This document shows, piece after piece, positions 1-11,297 of a stretch of DNA of 64,000 nt. This stretch comes from Phallusia mammillata (lineage: Eukaryota). Numbering within the stretch: the stretch's first letter is position 1; each line of letters starts with the position of its first letter. Below the pieces are notes generated by a model. The model saw only the letters and a program-made list of their open reading frames with translations. It was not told the DNA's origin and did not search any database. Made by a program: the position numbers and the translations under genes. The stretch spans positions 3,596,001 through 3,660,000 of the forward strand of contig OZ281494.1 in the NCBI GenBank assembly GCA_965637545.1, read 5' to 3'.

Positions 1-643
1 AGCTGAGAGGGAAAATCTTTTTAACGGGACTATAGTTCCCACTGTCACGTGACCGAAACAAAAAATGGCAATTTTTATCTCAAAAACCAGTCTTACGTAA
101 ATCTTTGTTGGTGCTTTCGGAGGCCACGTTAACTCAAAGCTATGCATGGACGTGTGGTGTTTGTTTCGCTTTAATTAAAGAACAAGCTCACTGAGAACCA
201 CTGTAAGCAACATGTGCATGCTGTGAAAACACATAAGTTCGTGTGCAGCATAGATTTTTATGTATCTGGACATACACACAAGTCTCCTTAGTACACTGAG
301 AAACACTGTAGGCCAAATTAGATGTGTACGTTGTTACACAAACTATCTGTGGTCACACACTAGCTTGGAGCAACACGGACATTATTGTGCACAGGAAATA
401 AACGCGCATTCCGCAAGAGGGCAGTGTAGAGGGAATATTGTTGACCGGAAAACCTTTAAAGAAACTGACGTTGAGGTATGTTACGTTTGCCTGAATATTC
501 GTGTGCGTGTAATTTTTATTATTTAACTTGTGCGATTGCGTTAAAATATATGATTTATAACATGTACAATAGTGAGAAGCAAAGGAATATCTGTTATATC
601 GTGGCAGCTACAATTATAAATAATGCTAAATATTGTTAGCATC

Positions 644-1294
644 CTACTTCAGCAACTGGTTTAAAAGCCTATAAAACAGTGCGAGGGCTGTACATCTTCC
701 CAGCAAACGACAAGAGAAAATAGCACGTTCCATGAACACTTTCTGATATGCCTCGTTACTACGGTTTTGCCGGATGTAGTTGTTCATAGCAAAAGCTGTA
801 GCTGGTGCACCACCAATCAGTGTGAAAAGGTGAAGATGATCTTGTGTCCAACATTTCCAGCCAAAATTTTGGTCCCACACATTTACACCGAGAGTAACGA
901 TCAAAATGATCACAAAATATCGAACAAAAATCACGCATGTAGCTTCACCAAAAACAGAAAACACACAAATACAAACAACAATTTCTATGATGAAGACAGC
1001 GAGTCCTGTCAGGTAACACTGTTTCAATTGGTTTCTCTGATCCTAAACAATAAAAACGAAATAAATGTCTATGCTAGAAATTTTGTATTACGTTGTCAAG
1101 CTTCTTTAAAATTAACTTTCAGAGCTTTTAATCAATAGCAAGTATGACTAGTATGATTCATTCAAGAAGAAATATTTTAAAAAATAGACAATCAAAGTAC
1201 CAACTTTTCATCATAGGTGTCATTTATGTTAGGCCTAAATACCTATTTTTTATTTTTTGCCAAACCTAAATTAAGAATTTTGAATAGCTACCAT
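644..1294 (-). CDS. DUF1294/YsdA-like membrane protein, subfamily C (about 133 aa; exons 1294-1292 [ATG] and 1042-644)
   Basis: ORF 644-1027 contains YFVIILIVTLGVNVWDQ...LHLFTLIGGAPATAFAM. It stays open back to the acceptor ttgtttag|GAT at 1043/1042. The upstream tatcaaaaATG|gtagct is homologous to the ATG|gt sites at 6372 and 36188. Confidence 0.75.
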
Positions 1295-1550
1295 TTTTGA
1301 TATGATAGTTGTCTGTGTTTGTTCAATGAACAAAGTTGGTTGTAATCTGGTCAATTTTTAATCCTTTCGGTGTAAAATTTGTGGTGAAAACAACCTGGAG
1401 AAGGATATACCAATTAACAACTTTCCTACCTATTCATTAAATTTCACGGTATAGTTAACATTAGTGCACTTGCGATTTAAAAATGCTAAACATGAAAAAA
1501 TTACCAGTTTGTTTTGCGTTAAAATCAATTAAACTTTTTGGACAACAAGC

Positions 1551-1868
1551 CAGAGTTGTAAACGGGCCTGAAATTGGAGCCCGAACCCGGCCCAAACCCA
1601 AACGAAACAAGCCTGAAACCCGGCCCGAATCTGAATCGTTTTTGAGAGGCCCGTTAAGGCCCAAAAGTTTGATTGGCAGGCGTATAAGCCTCAGGAAAGA
1701 CCGAGACAACCAACACAATAGAATAGACAAAAGGTCTTGAACAAGGCGCTGTTTGACATTACGTCCGGTCCAGAAACTGGCTACTTAGCTAGTTAATTTT
1801 GTTCAAAAAAATACTGACACTGAGTGTAAAGTCAGGTCCAAATCAGGGCCGTTTTTTTTTCAACTCTG
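1551..1868. mobile_element. hAT-type MITE (TIR CAGAGTTG...CAACTCTG) with perfect 8-bp TSD caacaagc
   Basis: TSD at 1543-1550 and 1869-1876. Same family as 22062-22373 and a fragment near 36800-37020. Confidence 0.85.
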
Positions 1869-1879
1869 CAACAAGCCTC

Positions 1880-2570
1880 GATTTACCTTGAACGTTTCGG
1901 TCGTTCATATTCTGCAAACTGTTTTCCATCGATTACCATGAAACGCTTCTCCTGTTATACTCCACCCTTTAAACAAACGGTTCACCAAACCTCAATAACA
2001 TTGCGCTGTTGTTCAAGTTCATTTAACCAATCAAATCACGTGTAACGGTTGTTGACACGAACAAATGAAATTGGGTATAATATTGTTTGCAACATCAGGT
2101 AAACACATGTAATTTGGTCATGGCTTTTATCGGCGGTGACCTATACAATGAACAAAAGTTATGTGGTTTGCGAGCAACTGGCAGTCATTGTGCCTTGCCC
2201 ACATATTTCGGTGCTGGAAGTTGCCTCGGTTCTTTATGTTAACAGCAACGTCACAGAATTAAAGTTACGTCACAGAGCGAAACCATTGTTGCGGACTCGA
2301 GACTTTCCCGGTTTTTATACCCTCTTTCAGCGTTACCTATAACCCCCGTACTGGTGTCACCGTTGTGTAACGCCGTTGATGTGCGTGCAATTGTAAGGCA
2401 TATGTGGTTACAGGGTTATAAGCGGGCCCGAACCCAAAAGTACAACCCCTAAACCCGATTCGAACCTACATTTTAAGATAGAAATTCCCCTCGAATTATA
2501 GATTTACACAGGTGAAACTACTACACAGTTGTAAAGTCAGATTCGATTAAACCGGTTTCATTGAAACTAG
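1880..2570 (-). repeat. Conserved non-coding upstream module 'U' (inverted copy); direct-orientation copies at about 5400-6120, 35430-35950, 40800-41330 and 47330-47570
   Basis: The reverse complement of 2001-2180 aligns almost base for base with 5821-5995 (e.g. ...ttatacccaatttcatttgttcgtgtcaacaaccgttacacgtgatttgattggttaaatgaacttgaa). It lies upstream of subfamily-C genes and contains CACGTG and ATTGG (reverse CCAAT) motifs. Confidence 0.75.
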
Positions 2571-3004
2571 AGCCCGAATACTTTCTTTTTTCTTAGTTGC
2601 AAACAGACAAAATGTTTTGGGCTTAAAATTGAGATCCACTATAACAGGGCCAACAAAATCAGCAGAAAAAACCGGTTCATTTACCTTTTTAATTCCACAA
2701 CTTTTGAGGTTGCGTATATATTTCCGGCTTGGTGTTGATTTCTTTCATTAAATAGAAACAAACACACCTCAAGTTTTGCCATGTTTACATTTTGTCACGT
2801 GACAAAGGAAAACTACAGTTTCGTTGACGGGATTTTCCCTCTTAGCTTAACGCCTGGCTGACTTGTTGTTTCTGATACGCTTCAATCCTTCACTCCCGTC
2901 TTTTGTGTTATTTTCAGTTGCCTTACACAAACACCGCGCTACCAAGTATGTTTATTATTTACAAGTAATGCACACCCGAAAGTTATCACTCCTACGTCAG
3001 GAAC

Positions 3005-3643
3005 TTATTTATCAATGGTTTTCACAACAATCAAAATAACACAGACAATAACCAAAACACCAACAAGCAACACAGAAGCGCAAATGAAACCTTGTTTGTA
3101 AGTATATTTGCTGCGTTTATGTCTTATGGAACAGTCACTCATTACAAATACTTTTGCAGGCGCTCCACCAATCTGTGTAAAAATATGCAACACTATTTCG
3201 GGAACTCGCCAATAACAGCAGTCACAACATTCTTCTTTGGCAATACGTTTGTCAGTAATAAGAGTTGACAATAACAGTTGATAATAAAATGACAGTAAAA
3301 TATGCAGCCAAACCATGACCGAAAAGCACACAAATAAAGCAAAAATACATGCGGCAACTTCTAATGCAATGTCAATCCACCCAAACAGTACCACCAGCAA
3401 AGCAAATCTTTCTTGTCGCGATTTTCTAACAGTTGGTAGTGATGGTTTGCCTAAATTCGCCTAAAACCTAATTTTTTTAAGGCCCTAAAAGACATGTGTA
3501 TCAAACAATACCATACGTGAATAATGTGCGTAAGTGATAGATGAAAAGCGTTTCATTTGTAGATCAAAATACACTGATGATCTAAAGTTTACTAATTAGT
3601 AACAGAGGATTATAGGCTACGTTTAATCTATACCACTTACAAT
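3005..3643 (-). pseudogene. DUF1294-like pseudogene, subfamily D (start codon ATG->ATT; internal compensating indels)
   Basis: The first exon acacacaaaacatctaaaATT|gtaagtggtatagattaaacgtag matches acacacaaaacatttatcATG|gtaagtggcatagattaaacgtag of the 45980 gene. The body contains TDKRIAKEECCDCCYWRVPEIVLHIFTQIGGAPA..RHKRSK, with frameshifts relative to the 46107 exon. Confidence 0.8.
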
Positions 3644-3886
3644 TTTAGATGTTTTGTGTGTTCTGAGGATGCAAAGAAATCAAAATAGAATTGAGATTTT
3701 TGTTCCAGGAACCCAAACATTTTTATGCTCTTAAAACAAAAAAACTTTACCTGTGATTTTACAAACTTATAAACAATTTCTTTTCCATGCAACAGTCTAA
3801 TTGTATTTATTGTTTAGGGTTGGAGTAATTCCAACCAATATCAGTCACGTTTTGAGATGTAAGCTGCTCACAGGAAACATTTAGAC

Positions 3887-4857
3887 CAGTGGTTCCCAAA
3901 CTTTATCTACTCGCGTACCATTATTTGGGTTCATGCAGCGTTCTCGTACCACCTACAGTCCTACAATAATTGTTAGAAAACTCTTCACAAATTCACAAAT
4001 AAAAAATGATGGGCAAAATGTTTAATGAATAAAAATGTTACTAAACTTTACTAACTAACTTTATCTTTAGTAACCAAAAGCAAAATTTAGTCAAACTTTT
4101 ACCGCCCTCGCTACAGTGCTACTGTCAACACAACTAGTAGCTGATTACCAAATCTGACTTTAAGGATTTATTACGTCATAATAACAGATTCATAACGTCA
4201 TAATACACCTGTTTCGTCACAAAGAAACCCTGCTTTACAGTTCGATGCGTCAATACATCAAGGAATTAGAATTTAGTAGGGAATGTAGTATGAAATTTCA
4301 CGCTCTACGTAACTTGTGTGAATTAAAATAATGCTTACGATAATCACTAGAACAGGGGTCTCAAACTCAAACTGCTTTGGGGGCCAAAAATAAACTTCTA
4401 AGTAAGTCAAGGGCCGCACTATATCGATATCAAACAAAATATTGCAAGATTAAAAAATGAAATGTTCATTTGTGCCATTAGCTACATTAAAAACAATATT
4501 GTATTAAATAACAAACAGATATATGTATGAAATATGACGCAACAATCTCAATTGCTGATTCTAAAACTGAGCGAGTTTGATTATCTTGTGAAAACGTGAC
4601 ATATACCACTAATAGAAAAATGATTGTATTATGTAAACTTTCTAGTCAAAAACGGTATTCCGCCAGAGTAAAACACAACTTTTAAAAAGTTACTTCGGGG
4701 GCCGCACAAAAACCCTTGGCGGGCCGCGTGTTTGAGACCCCTGCACTAGAAGATCATTTGCGATCGTTTGGTGTGAACTGAATAAGTTGCTCGCGTACCA
4801 CGTTGGAGACCTTCGCGTACCACTAGTGGTACGCGTACCATAGTTTGGGAACCACTG
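3887..4857. mobile_element. Non-autonomous hAT element (TIR CAGTGGTTCCCAAACT), 8-bp TSD atttagac, inserted in a DUF1294 exon
   Basis: TIRs at both ends; TSD at 3879-3886 and 4858-4865. Removing the element restores AAA CAT TTA GAC GAA TGC TAT (KHLDECY). Confidence 0.9.
4353..4743. mobile_element. hAT MITE nested in the 3887-4857 element (TIR CAGGGGTCTCAAAC), 8-bp TSD cactagaa
   Basis: TIRs caggggtctcaaac / gtttgagacccctg; perfect TSD at 4345-4352 and 4744-4751. Confidence 0.9.
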
Positions 4858-6371
4858 ATTTAGACGAATGCTATGGTGCTGGAATTAAAGTGTTATATTT
4901 GGAGTGTGTCTTATGTGTGATTATGTATTGTGCTGTTGGTAAGTTTGCATGCATCTTATCCGCCGCGTATTTTGTTGGTGTTGGCTTCGTTACTATGATT
5001 TTAAATGTATATGACAAATGCCTTTCACGCAGTGGCTCCCGCGGGCGCATTTCAAAAAATATATACTCCATCGTTTCACGTTCATTGGTGATGCTCCGGC
5101 CACTGCTTTTGCTATGAATGATCCAATTCGACACAAATGTAGTAAAGTCTCCTATCAAGAGAGGTTTGTTTACTGTGCATTTGTTTGTTGCATTTTGCTG
5201 ATGTTGTGTTCTGTTTTCACACTATTTTATAGACAAGAACTTAAAAGTCTGATGGAAAAGTAGAATAGCTAAAAGGGCTTATCATTTAAATGTGTATCTT
5301 CAAAACGTATCATGTATAAAGATATTTTTGTGCGGTATGTCCAATGCTCTTTATTGCTGTATTATACGCGCTGACAAATATGTTAAAAACAAAAATGTAA
5401 TATTCGACTTAGGAACAAAAGGGTTCGGGCTCAAGTTTTAATAAAACGGGTTTAAATCGAGTTGACTTTACACTCGGCCACAATTGTGTAGTAGTTTCAC
5501 TTCTGTAAATCTAATTTGCGACGGGATTTCTAGTTTTAAATGCCGGTTTGGATCGGATTTCGGGCTTGTACTTTCGGGTTCGAGCCCGCTTATAACTCTG
5601 TATTCACATGTGCCCTACACTTGCACGCACATAAACGGCGTTACACAATGATGACACCAGTAAGGGGGGTTTATGTAAAGCTGATCACTGATCAGGGTAT
5701 GAAAATTGGGAAAGCACCAAGCTCGCAACAACGGTTTCGCTCTGTGACGTTGCTGTTAACATAAAGAACCAAGGTAACTTCCAACACCGAAATATGTGGG
5801 CAATGCACAATGACTGCTTGTTGTTCACAAACCACATAACTTTTATTCATTGTATAGGTCACCGCAGATAAAAGCCATGACCAAATTAAAAGTGTTTACC
5901 TGATGTTGCAAACAATATTATACCCAATTTCATTTGTTCGTGTCAACAACCGTTACACGTGATTTGATTGGTTAAATGAACTTGAATAACAGCGCAGTTA
6001 TTAAGGTTTGGTGAACCGTTTGTTTAAAGGGTGGAGTATGAAGAGAAGCGTTTCGGTGCAGTTGATGAAAATCAGTTTGCAGCAGAGAAACTACAGAAAC
6101 ATTCAAGATAAATCGAGGTTAGTTTATAAAAAAGTTTATTAATTGTAATGCAAACAGGCTGGTAATTTCTATTTTTCGCGTTTTGAAATTGCTAGTACAT
6201 AAATGGTAATTAAACCGCAATGTTATGTGAGATTTAATGAAAAGGTGTAGGACAGTTGTTAATTGCTATTTCGATTTCTAGGTTTTTTTCAAGCATCAAT
6301 TAAACACCGAAAGTGTTATAAATTAACCAGAAGTTTGTTCATTGTACAAGCACTAACAGCTGTCACATCAA

Positions 6372-6530
6372 ATGGTAACTACTTTTGATTCGGGCTTGGA
6401 CTATAACGAGCAAAATAGATATTTAACCTTAATAGTCAAACTGTTACTAAAATCGATTGTATTTTGGATAGAATGAAACTTTTCGAAAATACTTCTAGTT
6501 TAAATAAATAGAATTAATAAAAGCTGAAAC
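6372..6530 (+). pseudogene. Orphan ATG-only first exon and intron start of a subfamily-C gene whose coding exon is missing
   Basis: cagctgtcacatcaaATG|gtaact and about 150 bp downstream match 36188 onward. The sequence then switches to the unrelated B-type upstream module, and no DUF1294 exon follows. Confidence 0.65.
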
Positions 6531-7438
6531 CTATTATGCGTATGAACTGGTATGTGGTATTTGCGTTAGCATCTAATGTTGCTTACATTGCTCCTCGGTA
6601 CACTTAGAAACGTTTAGGTGTGCCCAGGCACCTAACAAATTAAGTAAAACATATCTTTGAAAATATTATAAGCGTCTTTTCCTGGCTGATGCGTCTTGTA
6701 CAGATCTGATATGTTCCACATAAATACACACCATGCTACGCAATTAAAAACTGTTTGATGATTTAGGCTATCACGTAAATAGCTACAACGTCATTTCCTT
6801 TACGTTAAACAAAAACTTAGTGCGGAGGTGGAATTGTTTGTTACAAACAGGCAGACAGTTTAAAAATAGTAGATCAGTTGATATGTTACCGATGGCTTTC
6901 AGCAAAACTTGATTTAAAACTGGATAATGTAAGTGGTAAGATAAAAAATAACGGGCCTACGCCAAACTCAGCCAATCTAAAAGCAGTGTTAATGTTAATC
7001 TGACGTTTGTTTTTGTTTTTTAATATACAGCAAAAAAGAGTTGGCTTTGTGTTAACGACACACCTTTTGGTGAAGAGCTGGGCCTTTTGAACGAGGATTA
7101 TAGTAGGTTGGTGTACAGCATGAACAGTTTGCTTTAGCTTAGAAGAGATTGCAGTGCTAAACTCGCTGTAGAAACAGCAATTGATTTTTATTGCATTGCA
7201 AGTGAATGTCATCTGTAAGGTTGTTTCCCTTTCTGACCATTTTCTGATGCACTTGTTCAATCTCATATATTAAACAACAAAGGTCATAAAATTTGGTGAA
7301 AAGTCCGACAGTAATGTGTTGTTTTTGTTTTAGTTAGATCATTAGGTTGTTTTAAAGTTAGATTGAACGTCCACACCGGAAGTTGTAATTTAAGCAAACT
7401 TTCTTCAACCGACAAGCAAAATCTTCAATTGACCGAGA

Positions 7439-8400
7439 ATGGTATTTACACTTTTCATAACTTTCCAGTGATTGTAAAATGCAAAAGTTGATATATGTAG
7501 CTATTGGGACGAAAATCTGGAAATCATTGGACGTTTTAAAGCAAGTGTAATAGCAGAGGCTCGAAAACACCTGCGCACTGTAAGTTGCGCCTATAGAGCC
7601 AACTTAATCACTAATTTTGTTGATTTAAAACAATTTGCATCAGATTAAACTGCGGCCCAACCAAAACAAAAGTTATATCTCTATAAGGTCCAGACGACGT
7701 ACGAAGGTGAAATTACGATACAAATGTTGGCAGTTTATAGCTAGACCCGATTCAAGCCCGTTTTGAAAAGGGTGGAATGACATAAATTTTTAGCTTAACC
7801 CTAAAGTGGGTGTTGAATTTCTGCTTGGTTAAGAAGCAAAATCAAAAAATATAACCTGCTTTAAAGCTGATTACAGCGAAAAAAATTACTTGTGATTTAA
7901 GCCCACTTAAATTAATTTCTTTTTCGTGCAACAGTCTAATTGTGTTTATTGTTTAGGAGTGTGGTAATTCCAACCAACATTGTTCACGATTTGAGAAGCA
8001 AGCTGCCAACAGGCAACTTTTAGAGGAATGCTATGGTGCTGGAATTATAGTGTTTACTTTTGAGTGTGTCTTTTGTGTGATCATGTATTTTGCTGTTGGT
8101 ATGCTTGCATGCATATTATCCGCGACATATTTTGTTGGTATTTGCGCTTTTACCTTGTTTTTAAATGCATATGACAAAAAACATGCGCGCCGTCGCTCCA
8201 GCGAGCGCATTCCAGAACGTGTGCTGCATGTTTTTACACTGATTGGTGGTGCTCCGGCCACAGCTTTTGCCATGAATGATTGCTGCATTCATCACAAATG
8301 TAGTAAAGGGCTCTATAAAAAAGTTTTTTTAAACCGTGCAGGTTGGTGCTGCTTTTGGTTGGTGATTTCTGCAGTTCTTTTGCTGAGTCTAATATATTAA
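7439..8400 (+). CDS. DUF1294/YsdA-like membrane protein, subfamily A (about 148 aa; exons 7439-7441 and 7957-8400)
   Basis: gaccgagaATG|gtattt is conserved upstream of all A-type copies. The acceptor gtttag|GAG opens a frame continuous with ORF 8050-8400 (LNAYDKKHARRRSSERIPERVLHVFTLIGGAPATAFAMNDCCIHHKCSK). Confidence 0.75.
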
Positions 8401-9106
8401 GCTAAATTGTCTAAACTTTCACACTATTGCTACTCACAACTAGTGATGTTTTTACAAAAGTACATCAAATAAATGGAAAGTCAAGCTTATTATTTGCTTC
8501 AGTTTGTACATAAGTCGTTTTTTGCATTATTTTTCTTTACATGTTGGTAACCATATGTGAACCAAATTTTCTTTCGTTTTTGCAAAATAACTTATCGCTT
8601 TTAGATAATTTGTTACGTCTTTTTCTGGCCTATACATCTTTCACAGATCAGAAAGGTTGCCAATAAATACATACACTACACTATGCAATTAATAACTGTT
8701 CGATGACGTATCACGTTAATAGCTACAACGTAATTTCCTTTGCGTTAAACAACTACGTAGTTCGGAGGTGGAATTGTTTAAAGCAAACAGTCAGACATTT
8801 TAAAATAAGTAGCTGAGTTTATCTGTTGTCGATGGCTTTCTGCAGAAAACCTAAATTTAAGACAAGGTAATGTAAATAGTAGATGAAAAATAACGAACCT
8901 ACGCCGAACGCTGCCAATCTCAAAACAGTGATAATGTTAATCTAATTTGGCTCTGTGTTATCGACCTTTTAAGGTTTAAATATATTCATGCCCAATGTTG
9001 AACAGCTTTTAGCTTTTGTTGTGTGTTTTTTCAACAGTTTAGAACTTTAGTTTTTAATCTTTAAACGTTTATTCATGCTGTTGGCATAAATGGAAACACA
9101 TAAATA

Positions 9107-9661
9107 ATGGTAAGTAGAATTCATCTTACAGTTTTACGACATGACAGTATATGTAGCGGTATAATTTAAAATCTAAAAAGTAAGGTGCCATTACAAGTCC
9201 ATCTCATAGTATTTATAAGCTGTGCCCTTCGAAGAAAAAAAACGTTTTATACAAACATATCTTGTAACTTTTTTTACAAAAGTATTTACCACATGATAAC
9301 GAAATTTGTATTTAACCTTTAGGATCAAGGCAATTCAAACTCACATCACTTATTTTACGAACCACAAACTACAACAACAAGTTACTTTGATACTTGCCAG
9401 GGCGCGGGAATTTTCATATTTGTTCTGGAAATTGTATTTTGTGTAATTATGCTTTGTGCTGTTGGTGCAAATGCATATGGCATATTCTTGATATATTTTG
9501 TTCTCATTTGGATCCGGACTCTTGCTGTAAATGCTCTTGACAAGGGCCTAGCATGCGATGGCTCTCCCCAGCGAATACCAGAAGATATGCTGCATTTTTT
9601 CACACTGATAGTTTCCTATCAAAATAGGAAAGTAAAGTTTCCTATCAAAATAAGTTTTTGA
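9107..9661 (+). pseudogene. DUF1294-like pseudogene, subfamily B (core GGAPA...RHKC motif deleted, frameshift)
   Basis: ATG|gtaagt at 9107 and acceptor at 9322/9323. Compared with the 14846 copy, 55 nt are replaced by a 21-nt insert (9610-9630) copied from the downstream flank. Confidence 0.85.
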
Positions 9662-9760
9662 GTTATGCAAGCTATTGCTGCATTTGGCTGATGATTTTTG
9701 CCGGTATTGCAGTTCTTAACGCAAAATGGTTTGCAGTGTCCCTTGTTCTATCAATGTAGC

Positions 9761-11235
9761 TTGTGCTCAATGTTAGAACTAAATGTTTCACCAAACTATT
9801 ACTATAGGCTCAAGTTTACGTTGATATGTACAAAAACACTAAGTATTGTTGTGGATGTTATACATCTAAAAACGACAACGCAAAGAGCAATTCAATAAGA
9901 CAGAGTTGTGGTGTTATCCAAAAGTTAATTTAATTCCCTTTATTCATGCTTACAAGCATTAATCGGAGAATCTGTAGATTGAATGGCGTTGAATGGCAGC
10001 GAATTCAACACCTTTGGGTGAAGGCTTGGGGCCTTTTAAACTTTTATTATACGTTTTGGTGTAGTCCACAGCATGAAAGCTTGGTAAAGCTTAATAGAGT
10101 ATGTAGTGCTAAACTTGCTGTCCAAACAGTGAATGATTTATATTGCTTTACAAGTAATTATAAACTGTTGATATGTTTTTTCTATCTTATTTTCTGAATC
10201 CTATGTTCACACTATATTTTCAATGCATTTTTAATGATAAAACCTTGCCCAAACCCTAATAGCTATAACTGTGAGCATTTTTTGGAGATATACGGTGTTA
10301 AAAAGGTATTTGTGTTCTATTTCCCACCTATCGAAATTTACCTAAAGGTGGGTCTGCCGTGGGGTTTGTGTTCGTTGATTTTCCAGTTATTACAGTGTTA
10401 GCAGCTCTAACAAACTGACGCAAATAGAACCAACCCAACTCCGTTTAAAAATCATTCAGGCGTTAAACGTAGGCTCGTAGGGGAAGTAAACTGGAGAAGA
10501 AAAACGTGATCAAAACAACAGTTTGCCTTATGACGAGACTGAAACTTTTTTCTTTCTTAAAATGATTTGAACATCAAAAACCGTACAATTAACGGTTGTG
10601 TTGATAGGCGGGTAATGCATCAAACGGGCTGTCAGATATCTTCATTAAGTTTGCAGTTCAATGTCGCTAAACTTGTGCGCAATGGAAGTGTTAAATGTTT
10701 CACCATACTATTGCTATAATTTCAAGTTTACCTTGATATGTGGAAACGCAGTAAAATGTTGTGATATTTGTTATACATCTGAAAACGACAATACAAAGAG
10801 CAAGTCAGTCAGACGGTTTTCCTTTCATTCATGCTTACATCCATTAATTGAAGAATCCGTAGATTGAATGGCGTTGAATAGCAATGGATCCATTTTTAGT
10901 TAGACAAACCTTTGGGGAAAGGGTTGGGCGTTTTGAAACGAGGATTACAGTTGGTTGGCGTACAACATGAACAGTTGGCAGCAGAAACAGTATAGCTTAA
11001 TAGAAAATGTCGTGCCAAACTTGCTGTAGAAACAGCAGTTCATTTATATTGCTTTACAAGTAAATGTAAGCTGTTAAGTTGTTTTCCTTTCTGACCGTTT
11101 TCTGTTTCGCTTGTTCGCACTTGTATATCGAAAAACGGAGGTCATAACATTTGGTAAAAGGTCAGCCCTTCTTGTTGCTGTTTTAGATCATTGTGTGTGT
11201 TTTTTAAATTAGATTAAACATCCACACCTAGAAGT
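9761..11235 (+). repeat. Segmental duplication of non-coding module 'M', paralogous to about 17751-19178
   Basis: Near-identical colinear sequence. Module M (aggcgttaaacgtaggctcg...; ctcaatgttagaactaaatgtttcacc...) also occurs at about 27000-27860, 31240-31920, 42850 and 54920-55110, upstream of subfamily-A genes. Confidence 0.85.
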
Positions 11236-11297
11236 TGCCATGGCATTTCGGCAAAACATATTCAACAGTTTGTAAATTGAATTATAGTCTCCTTTGT

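Larger units (their letters stand above)
3818..5263 (+). pseudogene. DUF1294-like pseudogene, subfamily A (nonsense codon, nested hAT insertion, frameshift)
   Basis: Acceptor tgtttag|GGT at 3817/3818. In-frame TAA at 3860-3862 (CAA in paralogs). Exon split by the 3887-4857 insertion. A +2 shift near 5055 (aatatatactccat) lies between the 4845 and 5018 ORF frames, and GGAP has become GDAP. Confidence 0.85.
7096..9758 (+). repeat. Segmental duplication (two-gene A+B cassette), paralogous to 12573-15315
   Basis: Near-identical colinear sequence including both DUF1294 genes and the intergenic spacer. Confidence 0.9.
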
